From: Salisapilia sapeloensis CBS 127946
Lineage: Eukaryota > Protista > Oomycota
NCBI GenBank assembly: GCA_023334545.1
Contig: JAADVB010000024.1
Coordinates: 59,626-123,625 of the forward strand
Reading direction: 5' to 3'
DNA length: 64,000 nt
In this document: piece after piece, positions 34,561-45,601 of the stretch
Layout: each line of letters opens with the position of its first letter
How positions within the stretch are numbered: the stretch's first letter is position 1
Translations under genes and position numbers: made by a program
The notes under the pieces: generated by a model
Told to the model about the DNA's origin: nothing
What the model saw: the letters and a program-made list of their open reading frames with translations, nothing else
The model's database searches: none

Positions 34561-35538
34561 CATCTCTAAAAGGATCAAATTATATCTACGACCATTCAAG
34601 GTACATTGAGTACTGGAAGGCTGAATGCGGGGTGTGCACAAGTGTGATCCTTAATGAGGGCAACCGTGCGGCGTTGATAGTTTGAGATCTTTGCTTAGAG
34701 ATCAAAGCGCTGAGATCGTTAGCTCCGTAAGCAATACATAAATGAGAGGCCCACGTGGCTCTCTTTAAAAAAAGGGAAACGCACAAATGAATATATAAGA
34801 ACGCATTTCAATTCCTGATTGTTTTATGTTTTTGTGTCTTTTTGTGAGGTAAACCTCAGTTTCCTGATTAAATTTGCAGTCTAGAATATTATACGTAGGA
34901 ATCCAAAGATCAATCTATTATTTTTAAACAGACATGCATTAGTTGCCATACAAGGTATACTCTTTCAGCCTCGACGCATACTATAATACGCTCATTGAAT
35001 AGAGCTTGGGGATCAGACTGGTACGCATATCTTAACGACTCTGAGCTTGCATAATAGCGAAAGTAGCGCAGTGAGGTTACGTAAAAGCATCTGAAAAGAT
35101 GAAAGTATTCGAATAATTAATACGATCAAAGACGCTTGTCGTCTCGACTATGGCAAAAAAGCAAAAGGTCGCTTGTTAAGCTGCAGGGTGACTATTTCGT
35201 GCATAAATGACTGGTTTTATGCATACAATTTCGTTTCGGTGTACAAAGAGGAAATTTGTGTGTACATTCACCTTTCACATAAACGATCGATGCCTCTTTA
35301 CAATATCTTGATTAAAGTATAGACGTACGGATGACAAAACCGCACTCACTACTAAACATAACTCTCGTCAGGATAAATCGGACGGAAGCGACGATCGAAG
35401 AGCCTGCTCTGTCTGCTGCGTTGTACGCATTGTCGACGACCTTATTATTGCTGTGTATCTCTATTGTCTTGATATTCTCCCCCTTGTCCATTTCCGTTGC
35501 GAATTGCTCTTTACCTCAAGTAAAGGATCTGAAAAGGC

Positions 35539-37557
35539 ATGTCGAGCACAAATAGTGGAGCGATTTCGGCCAATAACGCCACTACGAGCAATACTCAAGG
35601 CGCTATTTTCCACTTGCAAGTTCGTACGCTAGATCAGAGCACCTATCCAATCTCCGTTCTGCGTGATGCGACCATAGCACAACTCAAGATGCACGTGGCC
35701 GCCCAAACGGGTGTGCCGGTCTTTCGCCAACGACTTATCTATCGTGGTCGAGTGCTCAAAGATGAACATACCATGCTTTCTTACTCGATTGAAGACGGAC
35801 ACACGTTGCATCTGGTCGCACGGGCAGAACCAGAGCCTTCCAATGCGAATACAGCAGCATCGAACTCCGGTTCATCCACATCGCAGCAGACATCGAATCG
35901 TCGATCTCGTGACGCATCTACTAGAAACACCCAACCTTCTGATGCACCTAATCGTAGTGTAAGGAGAACTGGACATCGTGTCATGTGGAATACCACAGGT
36001 CGATCGAATGATGAACCTGATCCGAACATGAGTACTAGCGGCCTCTTCTTCGGTCCGAACGTTCTCATGGGTACATTTGAGTTCTCCGAGCGTAGACGAC
36101 CATCTGCTATTCGTTCCGGATCACGAGCATTGGCAACTCAACGAGAAGGTCGAGATCGTCAATTGCCAAGCTTGCTGGAAGACTTTTTAAGTAGATCCGT
36201 TGGCACTTCGAACGAAAGGGAAGGAAGAGGACGTGCAGCAGCACGACGTACAAACTCTAGTGCTTCATCTGGACCGAGTATCCATACGCACGGGACGCAA
36301 GCTCATCGTCTACAAAACCTACATCATCAGTCGGAATTGAATTTAAACAACATCCGGTCCGATCTAGATGACCGACGTTACGACTTTGCACCATCAGCAA
36401 CATCGGAGCAAAGTGTTCCAGCCAACAGCAACGTCGCGTTGCTCCAGTCTCAACTAAGTGAGTTTGAATCTCTCCAGGAACGTCTGAACGTTCGTCTCCG
36501 TCGATTGCCTTCTGTATTGCAAGAGTTTAGACACTTTGAAATGCGGCCACAAGAGTCCATGCGGCCAGCTATGCAAGCCATCCATACGTTGCAAAGTGTA
36601 GGTGAAGCTGCCACGTTATTGTCTTCTTTTGCATATAATCTCCTCTCTACGCCTCATGCATCTCCATCGGATGATCCGTCTCCACAAGCCAATACAACCT
36701 CGACATCTCGTCGACACACGCCACAAGATGCTACGAATACGAACGTCTATCCTTCTCATCCATCAGCTTCGAATGACGCCGTTCCTCGTCCATCTCGACA
36801 TGTACCGTTGAACTCCGGAACGAATGATGAATCCACGAATATGTCTGGTGCCAGTGGTCCTCAAGGCTTCCAGATGTCTATGTCTGGACCGTTGCAATCG
36901 TTCATCTTTCCCATGTCTATGCGAGGACAGACGAGTACGACGTGGGAGTTTGCTGGTTTCATCGGACGTGTCGCTCGAGACATTCCCATCGCTCCTCTCC
37001 ACTCTGCTCTGGCTGGAGACATGAGCAGTGTGCACGCGCTCATGGACCATGTAGGTTACTCTATCTTATCAGGCATCGACCTGCCTCCTGTCACGCGTAC
37101 AGAGATTCGTAGTTGGACAGCACAACTAGCTAGTGAACTGCGTCGACAATTAGCAGCTCGTGTCATGCCGCAGGAAGTACGACGGATGTTTTGTAACAGT
37201 CAAGACACGTCGTTAGCAGACATGCTGGTCACACCGATCGAACCTTTCTTGCCTGAACTAGTAGATCTTCTGTTGCGAGCTACTTCTGCGACAAGAATGG
37301 AGGCTTTTGGCACGAACGGTGCGCAGTTTCTTCGAAATATGGCCCAGCACTTTATGGACCATGTCAGTAGCCACTTTAATACGACGGAAGAAGTCCATCT
37401 CGCACTCATGCACTTGCTAACGGATGCTGGTGTGGCAGAACCACTCGCACGTGTGGTTGTATCAAGTCTTGACGTGCGACGCCAGCAAGTAAGTCGTCGT
37501 CGGCAGAGGTCGCAAGCATCAGCGGATGCACCAGCGAATAAACGACGTCGACAGTAG
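35539..37557 (+). CDS. N-terminal ubiquitin-like domain protein, BAG6-like
   Basis: UBL motif LQVRTLD...QRLIYRGRVLKD...YSIEDGHTLHLVAR, long disordered middle, helical C-terminus, terminal NLS-like NKRRRQ. Confidence 0.75.
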   Translation: MSSTNSGAISANNATTSNTQGAIFHLQVRTLDQSTYPISVLRDATIAQLKMHVAAQTGVPVFRQRLIYRGRVLKDEHTMLSYSIEDGHTLHLVARAEPEPSNANTAASNSGSSTSQQTSNRRSRDASTRNTQPSDAPNRSVRRTGHRVMWNTTGRSNDEPDPNMSTSGLFFGPNVLMGTFEFSERRRPSAIRSGSRALATQREGRDRQLPSLLEDFLSRSVGTSNEREGRGRAAARRTNSSASSGPSIHTHGTQAHRLQNLHHQSELNLNNIRSDLDDRRYDFAPSATSEQSVPANSNVALLQSQLSEFESLQERLNVRLRRLPSVLQEFRHFEMRPQESMRPAMQAIHTLQSVGEAATLLSSFAYNLLSTPHASPSDDPSPQANTTSTSRRHTPQDATNTNVYPSHPSASNDAVPRPSRHVPLNSGTNDESTNMSGASGPQGFQMSMSGPLQSFIFPMSMRGQTSTTWEFAGFIGRVARDIPIAPLHSALAGDMSSVHALMDHVGYSILSGIDLPPVTRTEIRSWTAQLASELRRQLAARVMPQEVRRMFCNSQDTSLADMLVTPIEPFLPELVDLLLRATSATRMEAFGTNGAQFLRNMAQHFMDHVSSHFNTTEEVHLALMHLLTDAGVAEPLARVVVSSLDVRRQQVSRRRQRSQASADAPANKRRRQ

Positions 37558-37621
37558 AAAAAACAAGTAGTGCAGTAACGAAGAAACATGAAGCAATGGT
37601 CTTTTGTTCGGACAACTCTAT

Positions 37622-39952
37622 CTACTCGAGGAATTTAGGGTAGACGCGCTTGTACAAGGCAAGACAGATCGTGTCATGCTGCTTGACTGGTTTATTGAAC
37701 AGCGCCTTGAAGTCGCCGTGCGTACCGAGCGATTCTTTGATGTGGCCGGACATGCCGTGCTTGGTCGTCAGTTCCACTGGTTTAAACCAACGAATGTCTT
37801 CCGGCGAGTGGAACATATACCGAACGACTGCCTTACGCTTCTTCACCTTCACAGGTGTACCTGTCAGAATCACACGCTTCAGCACGACACGATCCGGATT
37901 CACGTCATGCAACGTGCCATGTGCCACGAGTTCCTTTCGATCGTCCTTAAACATCAGGACGGACGCTGGTTGGAATGTCACGGGACCATACACACTCGCG
38001 ACGGCCCATCCGCTTTGAGGTAAGAACCGTTGGAAGAGGTGCTGGTCGCTCTTGAGACTCTGATCCGAGTACACTGGCTTGCCTTTGAATCTCCGGAAGC
38101 CACAGTGGAACTCGAGCGGCTCCTTCGACTTGAGTGGCTCGTCGAACGATCCAGCGCGTTGGACGCTAAAGTTAAGCACGGACAGTCGGTTTTCGTGCTT
38201 GTGGAGAGCTCCGAGGATCAATGGACCGCTCTGGACTCTCTTCTGGTACGCAGCGTAGGAGACGTCCTTGACGTGGAGCGTCACGAAGACACCGGACGGA
38301 ACGTATCCGTCACTACCAAAGTCAGGAGCAAAAGACGTCTCCGAGTCGACGTCCATGCCACTGGCCATGGAAGAAGCTCTCGAGCGCTGATGCTGACGCT
38401 TGAGCTCGTCACGCATCGCTTTCTGTGCTTTCCGTCCACGCTGGAGCGCCATGCGTTGGACCATGGCAAAGTCCTCGAACTGGAAGAGACGCGCGTAGTC
38501 CGACGGTAGAGATTCCTTCGGGTCCCACATGCTCGTGCGAAGAGACTTCATGCCACGGTATCGAGCAAAGCGCTCGCGAGCAGGTGTGTCCTCCGGAACG
38601 TCCACCTCATCCGGGAACGTCTGGTTCTCACTCTCCTGCTCTCGCTTCGACTTGATCTGAGCCATTTGTTTCATGTAATTGGCCTCGTCGTCATCATCCA
38701 TGGAAATGTCATCTCCATCCTCCTCCTTCTCAGTGGACTGGAGGAAACCTTGGTCGACAAGAGGTGTGTCATCATCCTCATCTTCCTCATCCATCCAAGC
38801 AGCTTGGTACGAAGACATGTTCTTCTGCTCTTGCATAGTGGACTCGTTTGCTTCGTTAATTTCCTCTTCCGTCGGCCACGTCTGCTCTCCAGCAAACGGG
38901 TTATAGTCCGCTTCATACTGCAAGTCTTCCTGGACTTCCGGATCGGCTGATGCCAATACGACAGTATCCTGCGTCTCTTCACTACCAGCCATGTCTTGGT
39001 CCGTGCCTTGCGTACTCTGTTTCAACTTGCCCTGCGCAATGTGAGCAAGCTGGAACGTCCCGACGTCCGTAATGTGCACGAGTTGATTGGCCGACAAAGG
39101 TTTACCACGAATGTACCCGCTAACTTCCAGCGTACCAATGTCATCGTCTGTCGACGTGAACTTTGCACCAGTTGCAAGCATGTACGGACGCTCTTCACGC
39201 CAATGGATCGTCCGAGGAGACATGGTCATAATAGCACGAGTCAATTGAGAATTTGTGTTGCCTTGCGTCACTTTGACGTGCTCCCCGAACTCTGTCTGGA
39301 AGAACCGCTGACCATTCTTACGGAGCTCTGTCTGATTCTTCTGGTTATGCACCTCGAGGCCTTGGATGACACCGACGGTCGAAGGTAGACCTTGTGCCTT
39401 GATCGACGTGAGGATGCGCTCACCTGTCTCGTTCAAACAGACGTCCATCCCTTGGTGCATGGGCAGCACAAAGGCGACGATGTCTGCGACTTTACATGCA
39501 TCCATGGCTGTCAATAGGTCATTGCCACACTCGACGACACAGACTTTCTGCTTATGCTGGGAGAAGACACCTGTGGTGCAGTTCATCAAACCGTCAGCCA
39601 CCGGTTCTTCCAGCGTAGAGACGCCTTCGAAAATGGACTCTTTGACCTCCGACAAGTTCGCCAATTCACTCAATCCGACCAAAGCAATGATTTTCGGCGG
39701 TCCTAGAGTACTTCCAGAGCCATACCGACGTTGCAAGTACAGATCCTCTCGTTTCTGTTCACGCAATTGCTTTTGACGCTGGAGACGGACGGCCTTATTG
39801 CTCGCAGCATTAGCGTGACGACCTCCACTTCCACCTTGCTCCACTTTTCCTCCACTTTGTCTTGACCGGAATGACTTGGAGTCATGTTTACCAGTCTTAT
39901 GCTGTTTATTCTTCTGCTTCAATGGACCTGACCGATGGTGGTGAGAGCCCAT
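37622..39952 (-). CDS. TSR1: Pre-40S assembly factor TSR1
   Basis: HHHRSGPLKQKNKQHK N-terminus, WREERPY, ARERFARYRGMKSLRTSMWDPKE, GHIKESLGTHG, CLALYKRVYPK. Likely ATG is 39952. Confidence 0.96.
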   Translation of the reverse strand: MGSHHHRSGPLKQKNKQHKTGKHDSKSFRSRQSGGKVEQGGSGGRHANAASNKAVRLQRQKQLREQKREDLYLQRRYGSGSTLGPPKIIALVGLSELANLSEVKESIFEGVSTLEEPVADGLMNCTTGVFSQHKQKVCVVECGNDLLTAMDACKVADIVAFVLPMHQGMDVCLNETGERILTSIKAQGLPSTVGVIQGLEVHNQKNQTELRKNGQRFFQTEFGEHVKVTQGNTNSQLTRAIMTMSPRTIHWREERPYMLATGAKFTSTDDDIGTLEVSGYIRGKPLSANQLVHITDVGTFQLAHIAQGKLKQSTQGTDQDMAGSEETQDTVVLASADPEVQEDLQYEADYNPFAGEQTWPTEEEINEANESTMQEQKNMSSYQAAWMDEEDEDDDTPLVDQGFLQSTEKEEDGDDISMDDDDEANYMKQMAQIKSKREQESENQTFPDEVDVPEDTPARERFARYRGMKSLRTSMWDPKESLPSDYARLFQFEDFAMVQRMALQRGRKAQKAMRDELKRQHQRSRASSMASGMDVDSETSFAPDFGSDGYVPSGVFVTLHVKDVSYAAYQKRVQSGPLILGALHKHENRLSVLNFSVQRAGSFDEPLKSKEPLEFHCGFRRFKGKPVYSDQSLKSDQHLFQRFLPQSGWAVASVYGPVTFQPASVLMFKDDRKELVAHGTLHDVNPDRVVLKRVILTGTPVKVKKRKAVVRYMFHSPEDIRWFKPVELTTKHGMSGHIKESLGTHGDFKALFNKPVKQHDTICLALYKRVYPKFLE

Positions 39953-40105
39953 GATCGACCTAGTAAGATGGCTACGAAATAAGCTTATCGAAATGACCAC
40001 TTTGGTGGCGTGGAGTTCAAGCCTTTATGTCCAATCAAATATCACTTCAGACACATTACTACCAATCAATTTCATCTTTCAACTTCAAAAATCGGACAAG
40101 AACTG
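39953..40105. promoter_or_regulatory. Short divergent promoter between TSR1 and DDX51 with two CCAATCA motifs
   Basis: 153 bp between head-to-head ATGs; CCAATCA at 40031-40037 and 40062-40068. Confidence 0.5.
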
Positions 40106-41821
40106 ATGGAAGTCCATGATGACGCTGCTCGCGATCGCCGCTATGCGCTACAAGAGCTAGCAAATGCTTGGAAGCTGTCTCCGGAGATCCAGACATCCTT
40201 GAAAGAACAGGGGATTGCATCCTTCTTTCCTGTTCAGGCAGCAGCTATCCCAAAGTTACTCTCGACTTCCCATGATCGGACTTCGGATGTGTGCATTGCA
40301 GCTCCGACAGGTAGTGGCAAGACCTTTGTCTATGCCATTCCGATCGTCCAACGGCTTATAAGTCGTGTCGTATGTAGGCTGAGAGCTCTTGTCGTACTGC
40401 CTAGTCGTGACTTGGCGGTGCAGGTGCATCAAGTGCTGTCCCAGCTCTGTGCCAACACCCCACTACGCTGTGGTCTTGCCATCGGTCAATCCAATTTCAC
40501 AGCTGAGCAGATTTCGCTCGTCGGCTCCAAGTCCATACGTAGTAGTAGAGTCATCCTCCATCCAACGGAACATTGTGGTTTAGACGGAGGTACTAGCCAA
40601 GTAGACATTCTCGTCGCGACTCCTGGTCGACTCGTCGATCACCTGGAACAAACGCCTGGCTTTACATTACAACACCTACAGCTACTGGTAGTAGATGAAG
40701 CTGACAGGCTTTTAAACCAGTCGTACCAGGACTGGATCCCAAAGATGTATGCGTCCATCTTCCCTTCCGAACGACCAATACCGACGGACGAAGCCTTGCA
40801 TCCAACCACTTGTAGACGTCAAGATACAGTCGATCGACAGCGTCTCCGTACACCCTTAACGAGAGTCCTTCTCTCCGCGACGTTGACGCGTAACCCACGA
40901 AAGCTCGCTGCCATCGGTATGAGCAACGCAGAGCTAACACGCATCGGTCGTGTCGACGATCCTCTCGCTGATGACAATCTACGTGAAGGCCACGTCGGTG
41001 ATATGGATGAGCAAGAGGGAGAGAAAGAGAAAGAGGAGACTGGAGGTGACGAAGTCGAAGCTTCTGGTAAAATGTACTCTACGCCATCCAACCTGGAAGA
41101 GTGCTACATCGAATGTGAAGCTGCTTCCAAGCCGCTACTTCTCCTCGAGATCCTGCATGACTTTGCTGGTTCCCTCACTATCGTTTTCACTGCTTCTTTA
41201 AATGCAACACATCGTCTCGCTCGTTTACTCCAGCTATCGTCCGAGTCTCCTGATCGCATCCAAGAGTATTCGAGTAGTTTAACGCAAAAGCAACGATCAA
41301 AGCTTGTGGCTAGATGCAAATCAGGTGAAGTCGATACGGTTGTCTGTTCTGACGCCATGGCACGTGGTATGGATATGGACAATGTGGCGAATGTCGTGAA
41401 CTACGACGTACCGTCCTTCGTGAAAACTTATATCCATCGTGTTGGACGAACTGCGAGAGCAGGGCGTCAAGGGCGATGCGTGACGCTCGTCAAGTCCGGA
41501 CAAGTTAAATCGTTCATTCGGATGCTAGAGAAGGCAGACACGAACGAACTACAGGACTATGCTATCGACCAGACGCATATGAAGACTCTCGTGCCGGCCT
41601 ACAAGGAAGCGTTGGAGCGCTTGAAGGACACGCTCGAAGGAGAGAAGACTGGTGTCTCTGCTCCGAAGCCAGAAAAGGAAGAAAAGAAGAGTAAACGGAG
41701 TAGGAAGAGAGTGTCTGCGAACCAGACGGAGCCTATAGTAGCTGACGGTGACCAAGCCATGGCAGACCTGTACAGCCAGCTGCAACAAAATATTCACAAG
41801 CGACTCAAGTCGGACATGTAG
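40106..41821 (+). CDS. DDX51: DEAD-box RNA helicase DDX51/Dbp6
   Basis: Q motif FFPVQ, APTGSGKT, TPGRLVDHL, VVDEADRLL, SATLT, ARGMD, YIHRVGRTARAG. Confidence 0.9.
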   Translation: MEVHDDAARDRRYALQELANAWKLSPEIQTSLKEQGIASFFPVQAAAIPKLLSTSHDRTSDVCIAAPTGSGKTFVYAIPIVQRLISRVVCRLRALVVLPSRDLAVQVHQVLSQLCANTPLRCGLAIGQSNFTAEQISLVGSKSIRSSRVILHPTEHCGLDGGTSQVDILVATPGRLVDHLEQTPGFTLQHLQLLVVDEADRLLNQSYQDWIPKMYASIFPSERPIPTDEALHPTTCRRQDTVDRQRLRTPLTRVLLSATLTRNPRKLAAIGMSNAELTRIGRVDDPLADDNLREGHVGDMDEQEGEKEKEETGGDEVEASGKMYSTPSNLEECYIECEAASKPLLLLEILHDFAGSLTIVFTASLNATHRLARLLQLSSESPDRIQEYSSSLTQKQRSKLVARCKSGEVDTVVCSDAMARGMDMDNVANVVNYDVPSFVKTYIHRVGRTARAGRQGRCVTLVKSGQVKSFIRMLEKADTNELQDYAIDQTHMKTLVPAYKEALERLKDTLEGEKTGVSAPKPEKEEKKSKRSRKRVSANQTEPIVADGDQAMADLYSQLQQNIHKRLKSDM

Positions 41822-41839
41822 TACCTAGCCTTTAGTCAC

Positions 41840-43161
41840 TTAACTCGTGCAATCTAGCTCTTGCTTTTTCTTTTCTATCGCGATGCGCTTCACATGGTAC
41901 TTGTGTCCTTTAGATCGCAAATGACTTTCCCACTCTTTCACGCCAGTGAGTTCTCGACCGAGACAGATATCACATATATACTTTTTATGCTTCTCTTCGA
42001 TCGTACGCTCTTTCGACATCTCTGGATTCTGTTCCTGGACACTTTGAATGTTTGCTACTGGTCTACCTTCTAAGAAAGACCTAGCGACATCCACTGCTGG
42101 TAGATGGACGTTGTCCTCCCAGTCACTTACGTCTGTACTGTCGAATTCATATACAGGGATATTACGCGTGACAAAGCGATTTCGTAACCACGAGAGCTGT
42201 CGTCTAGCATACTGCCACGTCGCTGTATTCAACTCCTCTTTGCATTCTTCGAATACACTTTGCAAGTCTTCCCGTCTACCATCTTCTGCTTCGAGATACG
42301 GAGCAAACTCCTTGTATCCGATCGCCTGCAAGATACCGACAGCACCATCACTATCGTCACGATCGTCGTCCATCGTTGGAGGATTCTCGCGGACTTGCTC
42401 ACGCAAGGATCGGACTTCATCCACGATTCCTTTTTCGACCATGGAGTCCACGCGGGTCTCCAATCGTTGACGCAATACTTCTCTCGAACGACAGTGGACC
42501 CACAAGGCGCATGCATCAAAGTACTTTTCAGCACTCTTATTCTGCTCTTGCTGTTCGTACAGGAGCTCGCTATGTGGACGACCAGTTTGATGGTACACTT
42601 CCAGACTACGCTGCACTTTACGTACGTTATTTACATGCAATCGCGAGGCCATCTCTGGATCTACTCGTTGTAACTCGTCAAACATCTCCTGGGAAGACGG
42701 ATTGGCGAGAGATGGAGTGGACTCGATGTTGGAGGTTGGAATGTCGTCCAAGAGCTGAGCTTTCCAAAGAATCGATTGGGTGTAGTACATGGTACCACCA
42801 ACGATTATCGGCACATTACCACGTGCAAAAATCTCATCTATCGTACTCAACGCTTTCTTTTTAAAGTCTAACACGTCGCATCGACTCGATGGATCGACGA
42901 TGTCGAAGAGGTGATGCGGAATGCCTTCTTTCTCTTGCTCTGTAATTTTCGCCGTTGCGATATCCAATCCACGATACATCTACCATGCACTATTAAATCC
43001 AAATCCAAATTGTATTGTCACCTAGATAGCACAAATACCTGCATAGCATCGGAATTGACAATCTCACCACCGACAGCCTTGGCTATTTCGATCGATAGCT
43101 TCGTTTTACCAGCACCAGTGGTGCCGACAATCACAAGAACTTTTCGTAACGGACTGCTCAT
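41840..43161 (-). CDS. TRIT1: tRNA dimethylallyltransferase (Mod5/TRIT1), 2 exons
   Basis: Exon 1 [11 protein letters not shown]...NSDAMQ; exon 2 [35 protein letters not shown]-terminal C2H2 finger CDIC...HLRSKGH. Confidence 0.95.
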
Positions 43162-43295
43162 GACGTGGAGAATTTTTTACGAGAAATGAAGATTGGATCA
43201 AGGAGATGAGAGGACGAATAGAGCTTCTGGACACTCGAAAATGCGTTTGAATGGTTTTGTGCGTTTTTAGGCGGATGGGTAACCTTAAGCATACT

Positions 43296-43904
43296 TTATT
43301 CAAGTGATTTATCAGCATCTACGTTCTGAGAAGACTTGCTCTGTAAGAAATGAACGATACTATCGACTTTTGCTTGTTCTTCCGTGTTGGTCGTTGCTTG
43401 ATCACTGTTGCTGTCTTGGTTCAATCCTTCTGCGTTGTTGTCAGTATACATTTCATCGGACTGTCCTTGCGAGTTGACGATGGCAAAAGTACTGAGCGAC
43501 TTCATACCAAATAGAGCACCCAGAGCTTTCGATGACAATGTCAAGACACAGATCGATACGTGATGCAGCTTGCATAGCATGGGAATCTGTGTAAACGTTG
43601 GTGCTTTTGGATCCACAGCAAACACCACGACCGATGCTTGACTTCTAGCAATACATCGACTCACTTGGTTCACACCACACACTACTGCAGCCTTTAGCGT
43701 AGCATTGACATCCAATTGCTTGGCAATCTCCATCTCCACTCGATCCAACACAATCTCCTGCTCTTCACTGTTTAACTTTTCAAACTGATCCAATTGCCAC
43801 ATATCTTTCGTCACTTGCTGCTTGTCATTCGTCTCTTTCTTCTTTGATCCCAGAGGTTTCTGTCGACCTCCATATCGATGTGCGACCTTCCTCTTCCTTG
43901 TCAT
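43296..43904 (-). CDS. L7Ae-fold RNA-binding protein (Rpp38/Pop3-like)
   Basis: VVCGVNQVSRCI...VVVFAVD...QIPMLCKLHHV...LGALFGMKS matches the L7Ae pattern. Likely start is MTRKRK at 43904. Confidence 0.65.
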   Translation of the reverse strand: MTRKRKVAHRYGGRQKPLGSKKKETNDKQQVTKDMWQLDQFEKLNSEEQEIVLDRVEMEIAKQLDVNATLKAAVVCGVNQVSRCIARSQASVVVFAVDPKAPTFTQIPMLCKLHHVSICVLTLSSKALGALFGMKSLSTFAIVNSQGQSDEMYTDNNAEGLNQDSNSDQATTNTEEQAKVDSIVHFLQSKSSQNVDADKSLE

Positions 43905-44023
43905 GCTGCTCGTGTCCAACTGATATAAGTCATTATCAGATGCTATTAGCCAATCATATAGCTGCATATTTTCGTACCAAATTCTTTTCGCCAAAACGTT
44001 TTTTAGGTCGCGAGTACACGTCC

Positions 44024-45448
44024 ATGGTCCGCTTCTTCTCTACTTCTTCAAAGAGAGATCGTCGGTATACAGCAGTAGAAGAACAAACGGGAGAAAGAGA
44101 TAGTTTACAGTCTAGTCAGACAAGTCCGAGCGAAGAAGGAGACATGGGGAACGCTGCAAGTCGAAACGATGTGTCCGACCGTGGGGAGAGGCGGCAAGGT
44201 TCAGAGCACCAGGCGCCAAGTCCATCCAATACCATCCATTCGAGTGATGAGGAAGGTACTGATAATCAGCATTCCCCTTCACATACCACACAGCACGCAA
44301 CGAGCGAAGGCAAAGGCACGATTGTCCGTCCAAAAACTTCAGACGACGCTCAAGCTGCTTCAGATAACCAAATGGAGAGCGAACAGAACCATGAGGAGAG
44401 TAGTGACGTTGATTCTGAACCTGGTAGTATGACGATCAGGATTCTAGACCTCAATGGCAAGTACTATCGTATTGATTGCCGTCCAGAATGGACGATCGCC
44501 ACGATCAAGGAGAAAGTGGCGGTCGAGGCAGAAGTCGCCATCCCTTCCCAGAAACTTATCTATCGAGGTCGAGTTTTGGAAGATGATAAGTCGTTAGATG
44601 AGTATCAGGTCGAAGATGGACATACGATTCATCTTTTCGTCCGCATGGCGCCGAATCCAGAGTCAGAGGAGGCATCTACTGAAGCAAACAACGCAAACAC
44701 AACGTCAGAAGACCATACTCGCATGCACATCGTCCATGTCGCTAGTGACGTCGTGTCCTCTGCAGTTTTTCCGTCTGATTCCGCTCGACGAGTGGATCCT
44801 TTGATGCTTGATTCACCTCTTGGGAACTGCGCTCGACGAGTAAAACTCTGGAGCTCCTTCTTACTCATCATCTACACGATGAAAGTCATGGGTCAATTTG
44901 CTCTCTTAGCAAATGACCAGCAACCTCCACAACAGAACGACATGATGGATGGAGAGAACATGACAGGAGATGATGGGAACGGGTTTGAACAGAAAATCTA
45001 TGACCGACAGCGGTACGACTACCAGGAGAACTTCAACCAAGACCCGCTCATCGGCACCGTTGAACTCATCGTCCACTTCTTCGGTGTGTACATTGGTTGC
45101 GTTGGGTTTAAAGCTGCTCATGACACAGATATTCGTCCTATTCGCTTCTACTTTCGAGGCATCCTGTGGCTTGCTGTCTTGACTGTCGCGGAACAAGTCT
45201 ACTTGACCATCCACATTGCCGAGTCAGACTATCCGGAGGAAAGGGTGCACTATCCATACGGAGCGCAGGCACCATCAAAAGATGACATTGTGTCGGCGAA
45301 TATCTTTCAGATCGTCATGCTGTCGACCATGTGGGTCTTGTGTATCCACCACTCGCATCAGCATGTAAAGGAAGTGCGTCGATACAATGAATCCTTTGCT
45401 GCTGCTGCGATGAATGCAGTCCCTCCGTCTCACTTACCAGATGTGTAA
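44024..45448 (+). CDS. Membrane protein with internal ubiquitin-like domain and about four C-terminal TM helices
   Basis: UBL IRILDLNG...QKLIYRGRVLEDDKSLDEYQVEDGHTIHLFVR, followed by hydrophobic segments. Likely start is MVRFF at 44024. Confidence 0.75.
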   Translation: MVRFFSTSSKRDRRYTAVEEQTGERDSLQSSQTSPSEEGDMGNAASRNDVSDRGERRQGSEHQAPSPSNTIHSSDEEGTDNQHSPSHTTQHATSEGKGTIVRPKTSDDAQAASDNQMESEQNHEESSDVDSEPGSMTIRILDLNGKYYRIDCRPEWTIATIKEKVAVEAEVAIPSQKLIYRGRVLEDDKSLDEYQVEDGHTIHLFVRMAPNPESEEASTEANNANTTSEDHTRMHIVHVASDVVSSAVFPSDSARRVDPLMLDSPLGNCARRVKLWSSFLLIIYTMKVMGQFALLANDQQPPQQNDMMDGENMTGDDGNGFEQKIYDRQRYDYQENFNQDPLIGTVELIVHFFGVYIGCVGFKAAHDTDIRPIRFYFRGILWLAVLTVAEQVYLTIHIAESDYPEERVHYPYGAQAPSKDDIVSANIFQIVMLSTMWVLCIHHSHQHVKEVRRYNESFAAAAMNAVPPSHLPDV

Positions 45449-45601
45449 AATTCAAATGAACTTGCTTGTGCTCAATTACATTGTCGTTCTCTTTGGTGTT
45501 GTTGTGATGTACAGACAAGAGGTTTCTCCCTTTCTCCGACGTGGATATAAATAGATTGATCTGATGAAGCTGTGTGCAAAAGGAGAGAGGAAACGAACTG
45601 G

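Noticed and set aside
43844-43994. Apparent overlap of the L7Ae ORF and the UBL-membrane ORF
   Set aside because: Arises from ORF extension to upstream alternative starts; the plausible ATGs (43904 and 44024) do not overlap.
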